Shown here piece after piece: positions 60,869 through 64,000 of a stretch of DNA of 64,000 bases. Origin of the DNA: Terriglobia bacterium (lineage in GTDB: Bacteria; Acidobacteriota; Terriglobia; 20CM-2-55-15). Position 1 is the stretch's first letter. The number at the start of each line of letters is the position of its first letter. The notes under the pieces are model-generated. The model saw nothing but the letters and a program-made list of their open reading frames with translations. It searched no databases and had not been told where the DNA came from. The position numbers and the translations under genes were made by a program. The stretch is taken from NCBI GenBank assembly GCA_965198225.1, contig CBDAOY010000007.1:352001-416000 (forward strand), written 5' to 3'.

Positions 60869-61633
60869 ATGACTGCCGTGACATTGATACGAAGACTCTT
60901 CAAGGGGAATGAAGGTGTGGCCACCTCGTTGATCGAGGCTGCAGCCACCGTGGCGCTGGGGGCGATGCTGGCGACTGTGGCTCTGGCAGGCGGGCTTGAC
61001 GCCGTCGATGATTCCAAGATCCAGGGCGCCGTCTCGGACGCGAACGTCATCGCGCAGGGTGTCGTCAAGTTCTACCAGGACACTTCCATCTTTCCGCTCT
61101 TCAAGGACGGCAACGCCGTCGGTCCTCGCGATGATTACTTCAACAACCTGGTCTCGGAGAATGGAACTTATCCGACGGATCCGACCGGGACCTGGGACAT
61201 CCCCGCCAGTCCCGACACCTACAATTCCAACTCCGAGCGGTTCGGGCATGAAGTCAGCTCGACCGACGACACGATTGAAGGGCATATGATTCGGAATCGG
61301 CTGGGCTGGACCAGCACGGACGGGGGGTTGACCTTCTTGGGAACGGCGACCTACCCCGAGCGAGGGACTGTTCCGGGCGATCCCCGCCGCGGTTGGTCGG
61401 GGCCCTACGTGGTGATGATGTCGAAAGCCGACCCGTGGGGCGGAAAGTACCTCATCAACGTTCGAAAGCTGCACGTAAAGCACTTCGTCGACATCGGAAG
61501 TACCGGCGTGCTGCCGAACGTCGCCGTGATAGTGGTTTCAGCCGGTCCGAACCGGACCCTGGAGACTCCCGCGGACCAGACAGGGAAAGATTTCCTCGCG
61601 CTCGGCGACGACGTCGTGTTCCGGATCAAGTAG
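60869..61633 (+). CDS. type II secretion pseudopilin-like protein (GspG/PulG-like)
   Basis: AAGGAG RBS; NEGVATSLIEAAATVALGAMLA hydrophobic helix; GWSGPY..DPWGGKY..SAGPN..GDD. Confidence 0.8.
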   Translation: MTAVTLIRRLFKGNEGVATSLIEAAATVALGAMLATVALAGGLDAVDDSKIQGAVSDANVIAQGVVKFYQDTSIFPLFKDGNAVGPRDDYFNNLVSENGTYPTDPTGTWDIPASPDTYNSNSERFGHEVSSTDDTIEGHMIRNRLGWTSTDGGLTFLGTATYPERGTVPGDPRRGWSGPYVVMMSKADPWGGKYLINVRKLHVKHFVDIGSTGVLPNVAVIVVSAGPNRTLETPADQTGKDFLALGDDVVFRIK

Positions 61634-61657
61634 TTCTATCGAATCAACGGGGGACCC

Positions 61658-62863
61658 GTGGGAAAGATCGAACAACGGTGGCGTTACGGTGTCAGCCGGC
61701 GCGAGGCTCTTCTCAGTCTTGCTGGAATGCTGGCCGGCTCGCCGCTCCTGGGAGCCCAACACGACCCGCGTCCGCTGAGGGACCACAAACGGGTGCCGGG
61801 CCTCGCCGAGATGCTGACAGCCTTCGATTTCGAGCCCATCTGTTTCGCGAACATGCCCTTGAGGCAGTACGACTACATGGCCCACGGGACCGATTCGGAG
61901 TTCACGCTGCGGCGGAACCGAGAAGCGTTCGATTGGGTCGACCTGATCGATGGGGAGGGTGCGTCGGCCGACTCCGTCGACACCTCCACCGAGTTGCTGG
62001 GGCTCCGGATGGACTATCCAATCATGGTTGCGCCCAGCGCCCGGCAGGGCGATCTGCACCCGGACGGCGAGGCCGGCATGTACGTCGGGGCGACGGCCGC
62101 CGGTACACCGATGATCGTTGCCAACGGTCCATCTGTTCCGCTTGAGGAAATCGCAGCGAGTGCGGACGGACCGCGGTGGTCTCAGCTTTACGGTACCTCG
62201 AACCTGGAGGGTAACCGGCAGCGGATCGAGCGTTTTCAGGCCGCGGGAGCTCAGGGCGTCGTGGTCACGATCGATCAGCAGGCCACCCGCTTCGAACGCG
62301 ACCTGCACGACCGGCATCTTGGAGGCAACCCGTCGGCATTCAGCGGCGGGGCGATCACGGAACCACCGACGGAGGGGGCAGCCCGCTACGGTATCAGCGA
62401 TCGCAGGCTGTGGTACTCCTGGGAGTTTCTCGACTACGTCCGGCCGCTCATCGACGGCCCCATGCTGATCAAAGGCATCCTGCGAGCCGACGACGCGGAA
62501 ACCTGCGTCGAGCGGGGATACGACGGCATCATTGTCTCGAATCACGGCGGCCGGTCGATGGACTATGAGCCCTCGACGCTGGAAGTCCTGCCGGAAATCG
62601 TGGACGCGGTGGCCGGTCGGATCCCCGTCCTCATCGACAGCGGCTTCCGGCGAGGCAGCGACATCGTCAAGGCCATCGCGCTGGGCGCGAGCGCGGTCTG
62701 TCTGGGCCGTGCGGCGCGCTGGGGTCTGGGAGCCTTCGGTCCTTCGGGTGTTGAACGCCTTCTGGAGATCCTGCAGGCCGAGTTTCGCGTAGCAATGGCA
62801 AGGACGGGACGCGCCTCGCTGGCGGCTCTGGACAGAACGGTTGTGAGGACGGATTTCCCCTGA
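61658..62863 (+). CDS. FMN-dependent alpha-hydroxy acid oxidase with Tat-like signal
   Basis: SRREAL; TLRRNREAF, PIMVAP, WSQLY, VTID, IKGIL, VSNHGGR, DSGFRRGSDIVKAIALGA. Confidence 0.93.
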   Translation: MGKIEQRWRYGVSRREALLSLAGMLAGSPLLGAQHDPRPLRDHKRVPGLAEMLTAFDFEPICFANMPLRQYDYMAHGTDSEFTLRRNREAFDWVDLIDGEGASADSVDTSTELLGLRMDYPIMVAPSARQGDLHPDGEAGMYVGATAAGTPMIVANGPSVPLEEIAASADGPRWSQLYGTSNLEGNRQRIERFQAAGAQGVVVTIDQQATRFERDLHDRHLGGNPSAFSGGAITEPPTEGAARYGISDRRLWYSWEFLDYVRPLIDGPMLIKGILRADDAETCVERGYDGIIVSNHGGRSMDYEPSTLEVLPEIVDAVAGRIPVLIDSGFRRGSDIVKAIALGASAVCLGRAARWGLGAFGPSGVERLLEILQAEFRVAMARTGRASLAALDRTVVRTDFP

Positions 62864-62870
62864 GGACAGG

Positions 62871-63890
62871 ATGATCAAACCGACACACTCCAGGCGTGAA
62901 GTCTTCGGAAACTTCGCGGCGCTCTTCGCGGGCGCTGCGTCCGCCCGCGCTCAGGGTTCGTCACCGAACCTTCCGCCGCGCGAAGAACTGGTCAACACCT
63001 TCGAGTTCGAGGATGTCGCAAAGCTCAGACTCTCGGAGGAGGCGTATGCGACGATCGCCGGCAGCGACCGCGCCGCCTTCGACCGGATGACGTTCCGGCC
63101 CCGTCGGATGATCCCGACAGTCGACATGGACCTGTCGAGCGAGCTGTTCGGGGACCGTCACTTCACGCCGATTCTCGTGGGTCCGGTTGACGAACAGCGG
63201 CAGTACCATCCGGACGGCGAGCTGGAGGCGGTGCGCGGGGCTGCAGCGGGCCGAGCCGGGGTTGTCGTCAGCAGCCGGTCCAGCGCACCGATCGCCGAGA
63301 TTGCAGCCGAAGCCCGGACACCGCTCTGGTACTCGGTTCCGGCCGATTCAGACGCACTGGAACAAGCCCGGCGCGGCGTTCGGGCGGGGTGCCGTATCGT
63401 CTGCATCGACCTCGGTCGATCGGACCGAACACCAGGAACGTCGGTGGATTGGGGGATCCTGGATCAGACACGGCGGGGCTTGGACGTTCCCGTCGTTCTC
63501 AAAGGCGTGATGAAGCCCGGGGATGCGGAGAACGCCGTCGAGCGGGGCTTCGACGGGATTGTGGTCTCCAGCCACGGGGCAGTAGCCGACGCCGTCGGCG
63601 CTCCGATTTCCGTCCTCCCGTCCATCGTCGACGCCGTAGGAGGGCGTGCCACGATCCTCATCGATGGCAGCTTCCGGCGCGGTTCCGACATCCTGAAGGC
63701 GATGATCCTGGGAGCCCGGGGCGTAATGGTAGCCCGGCCGGTCATGTGGGGGCTGGCCGCGTACGGTGCCGACGGGGTTCAGAGCGTTCTCGAACTGCTC
63801 CAGAGCGCCTTTGCTCGCAACATGGGTTCGATCGGAGCGCCGGATCTGGCGAGCCTTGATCGAAGCATGGTGAGAATCGACACGCGGTAG
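62871..63890 (+). CDS. second FMN-dependent alpha-hydroxy acid oxidase homolog with Tat-like signal and divergent active site
   Basis: SRREVF; LKGVM, VSSHGA, DGSFRRGSDILKAMILGA, ARPVMWGLAAYG. Confidence 0.88.
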   Translation: MIKPTHSRREVFGNFAALFAGAASARAQGSSPNLPPREELVNTFEFEDVAKLRLSEEAYATIAGSDRAAFDRMTFRPRRMIPTVDMDLSSELFGDRHFTPILVGPVDEQRQYHPDGELEAVRGAAAGRAGVVVSSRSSAPIAEIAAEARTPLWYSVPADSDALEQARRGVRAGCRIVCIDLGRSDRTPGTSVDWGILDQTRRGLDVPVVLKGVMKPGDAENAVERGFDGIVVSSHGAVADAVGAPISVLPSIVDAVGGRATILIDGSFRRGSDILKAMILGARGVMVARPVMWGLAAYGADGVQSVLELLQSAFARNMGSIGAPDLASLDRSMVRIDTR

Positions 63891-63894
63891 CAGA

Positions 63895-64000
63895 CAGCTA
63901 TCAGCGCACAGCTTTCAGCGTGCCGCTCCGAGAGCAACTTCCGGAACGCGACGACAGTCGCCTCCGATTGAGCTGATAGCTGAACGCTGATCGCTGACAG
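63895..64000. repeat. inverted arrays of heptamer repeats
   Basis: CAGCTAT-CAGCGCA-CAGCTTT-CAGCG (63895-63920) and GCTGATA-GCTGAAC-GCTGATC-GCTGACA (63972-63999). Confidence 0.75.

Overview
GC-rich bacterial DNA, most consistent with an Acidobacteriota genome (inference from a Ser/Thr kinase with beta-propeller repeats, DUF6152/DUF6644-like genes, 'PDGKPDL' secreted proteins and other secreted modular proteins). It is an accessory region with no core housekeeping operon, rRNA, tRNA or CRISPR array that I can see. About 35 apparently intact CDSs, mostly secreted or periplasmic, are mixed with many gene fragments and IS debris. The mobile DNA includes an intact IS256 (8-bp target duplication) that interrupts a DEAD-box helicase, IS6, IS481 and integrase-core remnants, four IS91/ISCR-like oriIS ends each fused to unrelated DNA, a ~209-bp MITE-like element and a GTAG-type REP/REPIN family. 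Main candidates for new biology: (1) a 20.3-28.5 kb locus with a multicopper oxidase operon divergent from two paralogous secreted proteins, a putative His-brace DUF6152 protein, two His-containing DUF6644 membrane proteins and a CxxCH lipoprotein, possibly an uncharacterised copper/heme envelope system; (2) a TIR-transmembrane-16xWD40 receptor-like protein with hypervariable repeat positions between IS ends; (3) apparent rolling-circle capture of gene fragments; (4) a disrupted giant 4xCHRD-PHP hydrolase gene. All family assignments come from motif recognition by eye, with no database search.
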